64,000 bases of DNA from Octopus vulgaris (Eukaryota). Positions 12,327 through 25,927 of this stretch are shown here, in pieces. The notes below the pieces were generated by a model. It saw only the letters and a program-made list of their open reading frames with translations, did no database searches and was not told the origin of the DNA. The stretch lies in contig OX597840.1 in NCBI GenBank assembly GCA_951406725.2, positions 9,610,001-9,674,000 of the forward strand. Reading direction: 5' to 3'. The stretch's first letter is position 1, and each line of letters opens with the position of its first letter. The position numbers were made by a program, and so were the translations under genes.

Positions 12327-12840
12327 AAGACTAGCAAACATGAGTGAGAAATGATATGAATAGTGAGGCAAAAAGCATCCAGAAACTGAAATTTTATGGG
12401 AGGCTCGTTTGTCTAGCTAGAAGCTACTCGTAGTTCACACTTAAAACCCATAAGTAAAATAGTACTTTTAATCTAAAATGTAGATAATAATCCGGCTAAA
12501 AAAGAGATAGGTGTAATAGCAATAAAATCTTTCGTGATATTCATAATACTGTTGTGTGGACGCCCCCAGACGATGAAGTAGGCAAGACTAGCAAACATGA
12601 GTGAGAAATGATATGAATAGTGAGGCAAAAAGCATCCAGAAACTGAAATTTTATGGGAGGCTCGTTTGTCTAGCTAGAAGCTATTCGTAGTTCACACTTA
12701 AAACCCATAAGCAAAATATTACTTTTAATCTAAAATGTAGATAATAATCCGGCTAAAAAAGAGATAGGTGTAATAGCAATAAAATCTTTCGTGAGATTCA
12801 TAATACTGTTGTGTGGACGCCCCCAGACGATGAAGTAGGC
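12327..12840. repeat. Tandem duplication, 2 x 257 bp, near-identical
   Basis: aagactagcaaacatg starts at 12327 and 12584; both units end gatgaagtaggc. Confidence 0.95.
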
Positions 12841-13221
12841 TAGCCCAATGCGTAGATAAAGAGGGAGAAGCCTCGACTAGAGACAGAACAGAGAGTAGCA
12901 GTAGAGTCAGAGTAGCGGTCAGAGTAGAGAGGAGAGAAGGGTAGAGTTCAGTAGCAGGCATCCGAACATGCGACATAACAAATACCATCAAAAGGCAACC
13001 AGGATTCGGTAATGGAATAATAATGGTACAGTTATTCACTGTTTTCCTTCGGAAGAAGGTCCCTGACAACAACCCCCAAGTGATCCAGAGTAAATGAGGG
13101 CATTTTGCTCTTTAGCCGCTCATCTAAGAGAAAATAACTCCATACAAATTTTGAATTCTAATAATTATTGAGTTCGTGGCACTTGTACCATACCGACAGG
13201 AGTTTGAAGGATTAGAGAGTG

Positions 13222-13325
13222 GAACTGGTTCTGTACAAGCCATCACTGGTTCTGTACAAACCGTGACTGGTTCTGTACAAACCGTGACTGGTTCTGTACA
13301 AACCATTACTGGTTCTGTACCAAGC
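13222..13325. repeat. 21-bp minisatellite, about 5 copies (actggttctgtacaaaccgtg)
   Basis: Direct reading; in frame it gives TGSVQTV repeats. Confidence 0.9.
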
Positions 13326-13725
13326 ACCAGCATCAACTTCGTTACACATTTCTCAAAATCATTGAACTAAAACAGCGTTTGACCGAGTCTTGTTGAACTC
13401 TCATTCGTCGAGGCGACGGGAAGTCCATATATAATTAGCTGTTTTATAATTATCGGTAATATAAACAGTTCTAAGTACACGGATTTTATCTTTGATCTCT
13501 TAAACCGCCCACACCCATTACAGCCCTTGACTTCGCTAAAAAACATTATCATAAAAAGCATTCTACATGACTCGGCACTTTGACAAAGGATTTGTCTGGC
13601 TAAAAAAATATTCGATCTCTCGTACTCATCCGATGTCAGAATGGCGTCATCTGACAGCACAGATATATGCGAACTTCTCATGATATGTGTGTGAGTGTGT
13701 AAGTGTGTGAGTGTGTGTGTGAGTG

Positions 13726-13759
<34 letters not shown>

Positions 13760-13881
13760 TGTATGTATGTATGTATGTATGTATGTATGTATGTATGTAT
13801 GTATGAATGTATGTATGTACGCATGTATGCATGTATGTATGTATGTATGTATGTATGTATGTATGTATGCATGCATGCATG

Positions 13882-13912
<31 letters not shown>

Positions 13913-13984
13913 GTAAGTATGTATGAATGTATGTATGTATGTATGTATGCATGTATGTATGTATGTATGTATTATGTATGTTGT

Positions 13985-14400
13985 TACACTTCCAGATGGG
14001 AAGGGTCTTCCTATGATGCTGACATGCAGTGTCTGTGCAAGACCCTGCCTCAGTAAAGCTGGACTCATGAGTCATCTTCGTAGTCATAAAGCGAGACAGA
14101 TGATTGACAACCTGGCCACTGGTGGTGGTCTTACACACCATACTAATCATATCTGTCGGGCATGTGGAAGAGAGTGTAATTCGGCAGGAGGACTTAAACG
14201 ACATGCAAAAGTACATGAAGCCCAGTTACAACTACAGCCGGCTTTTTACCGGTAAAGGTTTTAGTTGCCAATTCTGTACGAGACATTGTAGATCTTTGGC
14301 TGGGCTAAAAAGTCACATTCGATCACAGCACCAGTAACAGTTAAGCTTCGTGCAATGGCCATACTCGATAACGAGGGGGCAGCCATAATAAGAATAAGAA
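13985..14400 (+). mobile_element. RTE LINE 3' end encoding three C2H2-type zinc fingers
   Basis: CSVCARPCLSKAGLMSHLRSH, CRACGRECNSAGGLKRHAKVH and, after a frameshift, CQFCTRHCRSLAGLKSHIRSQH; then a short 3' UTR stem-loop and (ataaga)n tail. Confidence 0.75.
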
Positions 14401-14547
14401 TACCGCAAGATAGACATTCAAAAGTCACTCAATGCTTTAGTTCCAAACACCGTTCGAAACTGACTTCTTAGATTTGACAGCCAATGCACACTTCGATAGT
14501 GCACCAACACCTTTCAATAGAAATTCAGAACTGAGATTAAGAATACT

Positions 14548-14790
14548 GAGTGGTCTACTCCTTATGTAGAGTCTGACCACCTCTTGTACTTACACCTGAG
14601 ATCCATCATGGCGTCTGATGGGGCTTTTTGAACCAGACAATGTTTTGAAAAGACACCCACATAAATTGCATATCTGCTTTGGACCACCAAGAGCTGCAGT
14701 TAGGTTCTGATTTTTGTGGATCTTAAAATGGGTTTTGAGGCCTCCGTTAGATTTGCAGACCCTATAGCATACACGGTATCGAAGAAGAAT
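14548..14790 (-). mobile_element. Second RTE-like 3' end with two decayed C2H2 fingers
   Basis: CYRVCKSNGGLKTHFKIH and CNLCGCLFKTLSGSKSPIRRH followed by a short hairpin 3' UTR. Confidence 0.65.
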
Positions 14791-15438
14791 GTACATATAG
14801 ATAGGCAAAGTAGTTAGTGGAGATTCGCTTTTCATTGGTTCGCAAATGAGATATGAGTCCCGCAAAAAAAAAGGATGGTCTGTCACAAATTGTGCACGCA
14901 AAAAGATTGTTGGTATTCATTTTCATTTATATATATATATCTTAATGAATAAATGAATGAATGATAAAAGGACAAGGGTTACGTAACACCTGCTTAGCTT
15001 ACAGCTGTTTCTGTTGTATGAAGCAAGGCACTCAAAGCTGATTACTTGCACTTTCTCGGGTTCCGAGAATGCTAAAAGCTCTGAATGCCATGTTTTTTTT
15101 TTATTGCCGAAACAACAGCTTTTAGCAAGTGGAAGTCATAATATAACCCCTGTTTTGTTTTGTTACTCATCAGCTGATTTATACAGAAAGAACTACATAT
15201 ATTTATATATATATATAATAAAATATTATGGAATAAATCCAAACTTACAGGGAAAATCAGATTTAGGATTGAATCCAATTTTATAGTAAAATATTATATT
15301 ATATTAAATTAGAGATAAAACCACTATTAGGCAAATCAAACAATGAAAAACTTAAGCCAATACATAAAATTAATTAATTTATATTATTTTAAATATATAT
15401 CAAAAGTATTAAAAGTTTAATAAAAGATAATGAGTAAA

Positions 15439-15508
15439 ACACTACGATCGTTTCATGGCTGTCCAATTCGTAATAATTCGAGTTATGGTTACAGTCAATC
15501 TTCAGGTT
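15439..15508 (-). ncRNA. Type I hammerhead-ribozyme-like motif (Penelope-associated)
   Basis: Minus strand reads aac-CTGAAGA-ttgactgt...acagccat-GAAA-cgatcg-TA-gt: canonical core with palindromic stem III. Confidence 0.5.
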
Positions 15509-15537
15509 AATTGAAATATTTATCTTAGCGAGGTTTA

Positions 15538-15608
<71 letters not shown>

Positions 15609-15609
15609 C

Positions 15610-15800
15610 ATTGGCGATTTTTTCCCTCCGTCTTCCCTTCCTTGGATCTTTCCGTTTCCTATGTTTTTGACGAAGAGCTCCGCTCGAAACGTTTAGTCCT
15701 CCTTCTTTCCTTCTTTCCTGAGTGTCCAATAATACTATACTTGTTCCACGTCCTCGCGTTGTTGTGTTTTCTCTTTGTGTTTTCATGTTTGGATTAACTA
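15610..15800 (+). mobile_element. Penelope-type terminal repeat with hammerhead-like motif (second copy 57420-57635)
   Basis: gttt-YYgacga-agagctccgctc-gaaacgtt-aaac in both copies, both embedded in (TA)n. Confidence 0.65.
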
Positions 15801-15952
15801 TATACATATATATAATAACAAAGAGTAAAATTAATTAATTAAGAAGTAATCAATAATTTCACCAAGTAGAATTCGGCATGAAAAAATGACCATTTCATGG
15901 TAAACTTAAGTAATACTTAATAAATAGGGTTCAGCAAAGATTTATATATATA

Positions 15953-16262
15953 TTGTTTGTTCCTTCTCGAGCCACGCCTGGCTCATGAGGGCCGGTTTTC
16001 CGGTTTCCTTGGCGCATAGGTTCCTCACCTGGACGGGACGCCGGTCCATCGCAGGTGAACTGCAAGATGCATGAAGGAAGAGTGGGAGAAAGTTGTGGCG
16101 AAAGAGTCAGCAGAAGTTTCGCCATTACCTTCTGCCGGAGCCGCGTGAAGCTTAGGTGTTACGCTCATAAACACACGCACATCGCCCGGTTTGAGATAAC
16201 GAACCCGCGATCCCTCGACCGCGAGTCCGCTGCTCTAACCACCAGGCCATGTGCCTCCACAC
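15953..16262 (-). mobile_element. SINE with B-type head and an alternative (V-SINE-like) 3' half
   Basis: Head ggaggcacatggcctggtggttagagcagcggactcgcgg; 3' part cctgcgatggaccggcgtcccgtccagg. Confidence 0.8.
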
Positions 16263-16469
16263 ACATATATTTACACGGTAAAGATGATAGTGGTGGTGAT
16301 GATGTTGATCTTAATCGAAGGATCATCAAGAGGACAAACAACTTTCCTATAAAGTATTTAACAGATTAAAACGGAGAGTTTGTTATTCCGTTGTTCCATT
16401 GTTATTATTCGGTCCCTGAAGGGAGGTGGAAAGATTCAAACGCTTGTTTAAGCGTAAGGATTATATTCA

Positions 16470-18290
<1,821 letters not shown>

Positions 18291-18816
18291 GGTTGCTATT
18301 TAGATGGAGGTCAACCCTGATTGAGCTTATCATAACAGGCTGTAACAATACCTGTTTGACAATATCGTGTTTAATTTAGATATTTATTCGACCAGATACG
18401 GTCACGCGCCAGCCTTTGGCCTCCGGGCGCCCTGTCTCCTTTCTCTGTTTTTCAATTGACATTATAATGGTCTCTGGCCCCTTATCCCCCACACCTCGAG
18501 AGTCCCCTTTCCACTTCTCCTCCTCCCAACTTGTAGTGCCCATCGATTACTCTCGGTCTTTCCTCCCCACAACCTTCCTGTTCTCTCGAACTAATATGGT
18601 CAGTTACTTGGTTTCCATGGCGTTTAACTGATTGGGACCACAGCATTTCCGATGGACAGGATTTTGATCTGTTGCAGAGTCGTCCAAGGCCAACGATTTT
18701 TGAGAGGAGTGGACAAACCTTGCCCGGACTTGTGCCTGGGAAGGTAACTTTCTAGGTGCAATCCCATGGTGTGTGTCGTGACCGAAGGGGGTCTCAAACT
18801 CAGACTATATGCATAC

Positions 18817-18867
<51 letters not shown>

Positions 18868-18885
18868 TATATATGCGCGTATATG

Positions 18886-18934
<49 letters not shown>

Positions 18935-18983
18935 TATGATATATGGATGTATATGTATAACTATACATATATGTATGTATATA

Positions 18984-19027
<44 letters not shown>

Positions 19028-19028
<1 letters not shown>

Positions 19029-19441
19029 TAGCAGTATCGCACCTTGGCGTTGCTCGGGTTCTGTATAGCCTCGGGCTGAACTATATAAACATTTTTAGAG
19101 TGGATTTGGTGCCAAAAATTAGCAAAAAAATGCATTAAAAATGGAAAAAAATGTATGTATGTATGTATATTTTTTTTAAATCGTTGACTCAACGTAGACA
19201 TTTTTGAAATCCCCTTATATAATACCGATAAAAATGCATTAAAATGGAAAAAAATGATGGTAATTTTTTTTTAAATCGTAGACTCATTGTAGACTGCACA
19301 AAGAATAATACCCAGAAGGGCTCGATTTAATCACGACTATAAGATAGGTTTTGGTTAAACTGCACCGCAAAATGTGAGAGTAGTTAATGAATCTAAATCA
19401 AGTAGGAGACAGACACACAACTTCACTTTTATATATAAAGA
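19028..19441 (-). mobile_element. Non-autonomous Helitron
   Basis: Minus strand starts TC (tctttatatataaaag), ends with a GC-rich hairpin remnant (cccgagcaacgcc..gg) and CTAG, inserted between A and T with no TSD. Confidence 0.8.
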
Positions 19442-19489
19442 TATATATATATAATGGTTGATATATATACACATTTACGTGCGCGTGTG

Positions 19490-19710
19490 TGTGTATGTTT
19501 GTGTGTCTGTGTTTGTCCCCCCATCATCGCTTGGTAGTCGATGTCGGTGTGTTTACGTCCCCGTAGCCAGGCGGTTCAGCAAAAGGGACCGATAGAATAA
19601 GCACTAGGCTTACAAACAACAAGTCCTGGGTTCGACTTGTTCGACTAAAGGCGGTGCTCCAGCATGGCCGCAGTCAAATTACAGAAACCAATAAAAGAAT
19701 AAAAGAACAG
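19490..19710 (+). mobile_element. SINE C 3' half
   Basis: Ends ggcggtgctccagcatggccgcagtc..aaaagaataaaagaa. Confidence 0.8.
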
Positions 19711-20360
19711 TTTTAATCGATTATTGGAAACTGAATGGCATCTCAGCAACGGTCCACATTAATTTGACGAATTCCAGAGAAACAAGCGGCCAATCTGCTT
19801 GTATAATCAACAATTACAGCAGTTAGAGAGAACTGGGAACTATTAATTAGCAGACCACCGGTGTTTTAACATTTCCCTTACGATCAGCGTCCAGTCAACG
19901 TAGCGTCCATCTGTGTAATATGTTAAATTGAAGTGTATCGTTAAAAAGTCAGAAACTGCGGTTTTCCGTAATGGAAAAAAATCCCTTTATAGAAGTCGAA
20001 TTAAAAGAAAAGCATAACGATTTTATTCTAGAGATGCTTCTACTGAAAATTTCGAATATATATATATATAGGGATAACCACCAGGTGGATAACCAATATG
20101 CTAGAAGAAGATCACATACGATCTAACTACAAAGAAAAGAAAGTTCTCCAGAGAAATTCAGCAAAACACCAGAACATAAGCGGGCAAGACAGATGAGAAT
20201 ATATAAAAATCAGGAATTGGTTACGTTTCGAGCCTAGAGGTCTATCCACAAATATACACATATATTGAAATTTTTCAGATTTTCAAGATTTTTTATATGT
20301 ATGGCTAAGCTACTGGTTTTAAATTGATATTAATTAAACTAATATTCAATTTATCTCCTC

Positions 20361-20402
<42 letters not shown>

Positions 20403-20528
20403 AGAAGACAGGTGGTGTACAAAGCAAACAGATGTATTAGTATAGCGCTCAGGAATAGAAAAGGTATTTTACGTTTCGAGCCTACGCTCTTCTACAGAAA
20501 GGGACACAGAAAAAGCAAGGAGAGAAAG

Positions 20529-20734
20529 AAAGGTAAGCCTCGTCGCAGCGCACCTAATTAGTACTCATATGAGCAAAATGTAACAAAAATGAAAGTGGAT
20601 GATAGATTTCCGTAGGTCAATTTCCTTCATCATTGGAACTTGACCTACGAAAATCTGTAATCCATTAAAATTTCTGTTACATTTTGCTCATATTGAGTAC
20701 TAATTAGGTGCGAACGCAACGAAGGCTCACCTTT
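20529..20734. mobile_element. Fold-back (palindromic) MITE-like element
   Basis: About 95-bp imperfect arms around a ~10-nt loop, for example gcacctaattagtactca / tgagtactaattaggtgc. Confidence 0.8.
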
Positions 20735-20742
20735 TTTCTTAT

Positions 20743-20817
<75 letters not shown>

Positions 20818-20826
<9 letters not shown>

Positions 20827-21096
20827 ATATTTCGGAATGGTCATATTGCCAGTTTAGCCAATAAAAACACACGCACTATATATTTGGTGTTATTTTGCTT
20901 CAGTGATATTTATTTTTTACATTAATCTTAATCTTATTTCGGCCAAAGTTCTTTCGTCACACTCTGTGACCGCATCAGTGGTCCTTTGTTTTCTCTCACT
21001 TATTTGTGTCTCTCCTTACTAACCGTCAGCCATTTTGTATTTTGTGTTTTTATTGGCTAAACTGGCAATATGACCATTCCGAAATATAACAATATA
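20818..21096. mobile_element. Perfect ~54-bp inverted repeat enclosing a hammerhead-like motif (Penelope-type inverted end)
   Basis: Arms 20818-20871 and 21043-21096. Minus strand 20941-20984 reads cca-CTGATGC-ggtcacagagtgtgac-GAAA-gaac-TT-tgg. Confidence 0.75.
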
Positions 21097-21189
21097 ACAC
21101 ACGACTTCACATAAAAATCTTGCACAACAAATATTTAAACATATATATATATTTATATATATAATAATTTTTATTGATATTGTTTTAGT

Positions 21190-21600
21190 GGTGGTCGTCT
21201 TAGGTTGATGGTGATGACGGGGATGCTGATGAGCTTTGTGGTGGTGTTAATGGTGTTAATGATGGGTGTGGTGGTAGTAGCTGTGGTAGTGGTGGTGGTG
21301 GGGGTAATGGTGGTGACGTTGATAATGTTGATGGTGTAGTAGTAGCAGTATTAACAGTAGTAGTAGAAGTAGCAGCAGCAGTAGTAGTAGTGGTAGTAGT
21401 AGTAGTAGTAGTAGTAGTAGTTGTTGTTGTTGTTGTAGGGATACTGTTTGTAGTGGTGATGGCAGTGGTGTTGGTGGTAGTGTTGCTGTTGGTGTTGGCG
21501 ATGGTAATAACGGCAATGTCAGCAGTGATGGCCATGGTATTGGTGATATTGTTGTTGTTGTTGTTGTTGGTGGTGGTGGTGATGTTGGTGTTGGGGGTTG
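21190..21600. repeat. Triplet mosaic (GGT/AGT/GTT)
   Basis: Direct reading. Confidence 0.9.
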
Positions 21601-22277
21601 CTATTTACCAATTCCAGAACCACTGGAATTGGTAAATAGTGATGCCCTCTCCTTCTTCCATTTCCTCTCCGTTAATCCATCTCCTGCCAGATTTCCCCCC
21701 ACCCCCACCCCACCCCGACCCGCCATTGTTTGACAGACTCTCGTAGTTTTTCCTCTCCATATTACAAGTTAATCCTTATCCGAACACAGTGAGGCGGATA
21801 CACACGAAACATTATTCCAAGCCTAAGGAACTGAATTCAATACAAAAAAAAAACAGACTCCCCCACCCTCCACCGCCAAAAAAAAAAAAAGAAGAGAAGA
21901 TTAGGATTATCTCAAACCCTATCCACAGAAAAGATTATTAATCCATTCTGTTATAGGTACAAGGCTTGAAATTTCGGGGGGGGGGGGGAGGTGATTTATC
22001 GATTACAACGACCCCAGTGCTGGACTGGTATTTATTTTATCGACCCCCGAAATGATAAATACCGAAATGGTGTTTATTTTATCGACCCCGAAAGGCAGAA
22101 AATGTCGACCACAGCAGAATTTGAACTCGTATCATGTCACGCCGTGACGTGATACGAAATCTGGAATCCACGAAATGTAGCAGTTGGCTTCTGTTGGTGC
22201 AAAGAATCCGAAAGAATATAATTGCGTTAAAAATACACCAAAGTTAGTGTATTAAACCGCGTGTAAAAGCGAAAATG

Positions 22278-22730
22278 AATCAACATTTCGAGCAGAAGCC
22301 CTTTATCAAGAAAGAATTAAGTCCGAAGACAATTAGATCATAGTAGGTGTGCTCAGCAGAGTTGAAACACCGAATAGCAGGTTTTAGAGACCGAAGTCTA
22401 TTTCGTGGCCCCTCAAATTTACCAGTTAACTTCTGGCTCGCCTCACTGGCAGACACGGCGCCGCAGGGTGGGCATTTTACGGAATGAATTATATTCTTGG
22501 AGGTGAGAATAAAATAAACAGAAACATTAAGGGTTGAACCAGGACCGGGCGGAGTGATAACGATATGGTGTTGCATCGGGTGGGCGAAGAGGTGGACGAT
22601 TATGGCAAGGTGTGACGCAGGATGAAAGACCTGTTGACCTGTTGACCTGATGATCACGTGGGTTGTAATCAGGTGGAAAAGAGAGAATAGGGTTGCGGGG
22701 AAAGATGGGAGAGGTAGTGAGGTCTAAATT
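22278..22730 (-). mobile_element. Penelope-like element remnant: GIY-YIG endonuclease region plus terminal hammerhead-like motif
   Basis: FILTSKNIIHSVKCPPCGAVSASEASQKLTGKF...AIRCFNSAEHTYYDLIVFGL resembles the PLE motif CTSSNxIYxIxCxxCxxxYIGET..RF..HFN..H; it is followed by cttgataaagggcttctgctcgaaatgttg. Confidence 0.7.
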
Positions 22731-22827
22731 GGATGAAAGAGAGATAGTGAAGGACGGCGCGACGGGGAAGGGGGTGGAGGGGACGAAAAGAGGAAGAAAG
22801 AGGAAAAAAGAAGAGAAAGAAGATATA

Positions 22828-22947
22828 ACAACAACGACAACAACAAAAACAACAACAATAACAAAAACAACAACAACAACAACAACAATAATAATAATGA
22901 TAATAATGATAATAATAATAATAATGATGATAACGATGATAATAATG

Positions 22948-22980
<33 letters not shown>

Positions 22981-23056
22981 GTAATAATAATAATAACAAT
23001 AATAATAATGATAATTAATAATAATAATGATAATAATAATAATAATAATAATAATG

Positions 23057-23117
<61 letters not shown>

Positions 23118-23200
23118 TGATAATAATAATAATAATAATAATGATGATAATAATAATAATAATAATGATGATAATAATAATAATAATAATAATGATGATG
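22828..23200. repeat. (CAA)n/(TAA)n/(TGA)n tract
   Basis: Direct reading. Confidence 0.95.
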
Positions 23201-23204
23201 GTTT

Positions 23205-23401
23205 CAAATTTTGCCACAAGGCCAGCAATTTTGGAGGTGGGAATGAGTCGATTACATCAACCCCAGAGTTCAACTGGTACTTGTTTTATCGACCCGGAAA
23301 GGTAAAATCGACCTCGGAGGAATTTGAAATCAGAACGTAAAGACGGACGAAATGCCGCTAAGCATTTTGGCCGGAGTCCTAACGATTCTGCCAGATCGCC
23401 A
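23205..23401 (-). mobile_element. SINE A-related monomer with a different 3' tail (another decayed copy at about 21955-22127)
   Basis: Head and core match SINE A; tail aaattgctggccttgtggcaaaatttgaa differs. Confidence 0.8.
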
Positions 23402-23546
23402 CAACAACAACAACAATAATAATAATAATAATAATAATGATAAGAAGAAAAATGTTGAAAGATGAAAGATGAAAAATGATAGAAAACTGAAGAAGATGAA
23501 GGCTGAGAAAGAAAAACTAAAGAGAAACAAAATAGAAATTTATTGT

Positions 23547-23699
23547 GAGAAGAAGAAGAAGAAGAAGAAGAAGAAGAAGAAGAAGAAGAAGAAGAAGAAG
23601 AAGAAGAAGAAGAAGAAGAAGAAGAAGAAAAAGAAGAAGAAGAAGGAGAAGAAGAAGGAAAAGAAGAAGAAGAAGAAGAAGAAGAAGAAGAAGAAGAAG

Positions 23700-23731
<32 letters not shown>

Positions 23732-24712
23732 GAAGAAGGAGAAGAAGAAGAAGAAAAGAAGAAGAAGAAGAAGAAGAAGAAGGAGAAGAAGAAGAAGAAA
23801 AAGAAGAAGAAGAAGAAGAAGAAGAAGAAGAAGAAGAAAAGAAGAAGAAGAAGAAGAAGAAGAAGAAGAAGAAGAAGAAGAAGAAGAAGAAGAAGAAGAA
23901 GAAGAAGAAGAAGAAAAAGAAGAAGAAGAAGAAGAAGAAGAAGAAGAAGAAGAAGAAGGAAGAAGAAGAAAAAGAAGAAAAAGAAGAAGAAGAAGAAGAA
24001 GAAGAAGAAGAAGGAAGAAGAAGAAGAAGAAGAAGAAGAAGGAAAAGAGGAAGAAGAAGAAAAAGAAAAAGAAGAAGAAAAGGAAGAAGAAGAAGAAGGA
24101 AAAGAGGAAGAAGAAGAAAAGAAGAAAAAGAAGAAAAAGAAGAAAAAGAAGAAGAAGAAGAAGAAGAAGAAGAAGGAAAAGAGGAAGAAGAAGAAAAAGA
24201 AAAAGAAGAAGAAAAGGAAGAAGAAGAAGAAGGAAAAGAGGAAGAAGAAGAAAAAGAAAAAAAAGAAGAAGAAGAAGAAGAAGAAGAAGAAGAAGAAGAA
24301 GAAGAAGAAGAAGAAGAAGAAGAAGAAGAAGAAGAAGAAGAAGAAGAAGAAGAAGAAGAAGAAGAAGAAGAAGAAGAAGAAGAAGAAGAAGAAGAAGAAG
24401 AAGAAGAAGAAGAAGAAAAAAGAAAAAGAAGAAGATGAAGAAGAAGAAAAGAAGAAAAAGAAGAAGAAGAAGAAGAAGAAGAAGAGGAAGGAGAAGAAAA
24501 GAAAAAGAAGATGAAGAAGATGAAGAAGAAGAAGAAGAAGAAGAAGAAGAAGAGGAAGGAGAAGAAAAGAAAAAGAAGATGAAGAAGATGAAGAAGAAGA
24601 AGAAGAAGAAGCAGAAAAAGAAGAAAAAGAGGAAGAAGAAAAAGAAGAAAAAGAAGAAGAAGAAGAAGAAGAGGAAGAAGTAGAAGAAGAAGATAGAAGA
24701 AGAAGGAAAAGA
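23547..24712. repeat. About 1.16-kb (GAA)n polypurine tract
   Basis: Almost pure A/G on the plus strand. Confidence 0.98.
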
Positions 24713-25004
24713 ATTGTGGTGGGGAAAACAAAGAATGGTTTAGTTTGTGTTGTTTAGCCTCACCTCACCCCACCCCTCACCCTCTCTGTCCCTCCCTCCC
24801 TCTCTCTTCCCTCTTTATAACTAAAACACAAAGATCGATAAATCGATATAAACGAGCGAGGTTCTATGTTTAGCAGAAATTTCTGAAGCTACAACGTCAA
24901 TGTTTGTGTTGTGGTTGGTATCGTAAGAAGATTCTGGAAAGTTGACTGATTCTATAGGACATTGGCCTAGCATAGTGAACATGTCGATGGGGGGGGATAA
25001 TAAC

Positions 25005-25595
25005 ACTGGTCAAAGACACTCCAGCCGTGGCCATTCCGTCTTTTGTTTTTGTTGTATGACTGTATTTAGGATTGCATCGTCTAAACTACCCGTCTTCTCT
25101 GCTGTTGTTGCTCAGCCTCTGTTCAATTCTAATTCCGTGGAGCTTTGATCAAAGACACTCCAAACATGGCAATACCATCTGCTGCCGATGCTGCTGCTGC
25201 TGGTACTGCTAATACTGCTACTGCTGTTGTTATTGAACATATTGTATATAGGATTACATTATCTTGTTATTGTTTAGCTCCTATTCAGCTCTGATCATAC
25301 AGACCTTTGATCAAAGACACTCTAGCCGTGGCCATCCCATCTCTTGCTGTTGTTGTTGTTGCTGGACATATTGTGTATAGGATTATATAATCTTCCTTGT
25401 TATTGTTCAGCTCCTATTCAGCTCTGATCATACATACCTTTGATCAAAGACACTCTAGCCGTGGCCATCCCATATCTTGCTGTTGTTATTGTTGCTGGAC
25501 ATAGTATATCCAGGTTTGCATTATCTAAAGTAGCCCTCGTTGTTGTTGTTCCGCTCCTTTTCAGTTTAGATCCCGTACAGCTTTTATCAAAGATG
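25005..25595. repeat. Degenerate tandem repeat of about 130-160 bp containing ctttgatcaaagacactc
   Basis: Motif at about 25008, 25144, 25305, 25438 and 25582. Confidence 0.75.
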
Positions 25596-25599
25596 ATCC

Positions 25600-25905
25600 A
25601 GGTAATTTGCATAAAGTCACACACTGACACACTCCATCCCCTGCCCCAAACCAGGCATATAGTCTACCCTCTTTCTATCTTTTCTGCTCTACTATAATGA
25701 CCACCACTCCTCAGAACTGTCGAGGATCATGTCCTCTCTACTCAGGGATTACCAACCCACTCCTCCTGGTCCTCTTCTCCTCCCATCACCCTTGCTGTGT
25801 CCACCTCCACCCTAGGTCCTACACTGATAACTACGCCCAATCCTTCTTCTCCAAAACATCAACACCCCTGGAATCCCCTTCTCATATCTTCCCCTACAGA
25901 TATTG
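25600..25905 (+). mobile_element. Highly decayed CR1/L2/Jockey-group LINE 3' fragment
   Basis: LHPL..R, YYN, SELS, Y.QSFF.KTS..IFP-like remnants with frameshifts. Confidence 0.4.
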
Positions 25906-25927
25906 ACTTACATATGTTCGTGGCTAT

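Larger units (their letters stand above)
11529..14550 (+). mobile_element. Degenerate LTR-retrotransposon remnants (LTR-like start, gag-like pieces) with nested insertions
   Basis: TG start, aataaa near 11700. 13370-13680 translates to KYTDFIFDLLNRPHPLQPLTSLKNIII...QRI, resembling a Gypsy/Mag gag N-terminus. A coding-like block at 12065-12220 recurs at 14395-14550. Confidence 0.4.

Noticed and set aside
13923-14337. Host C2H2 zinc-finger gene
   Set aside because: No TGEKP linkers, a frameshift, and an immediate retroelement 3' tail shared with the element at 63190.
22127-22157. 14-bp hairpin at the edge of a decayed SINE A
   Set aside because: Short and at a repeat breakpoint; probably a repair or fold-back scar.
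23517-24731. 404-aa and 297-aa poly-S/F/L or poly-R/E/K ORFs
   Set aside because: Artefacts of the GAA tract.
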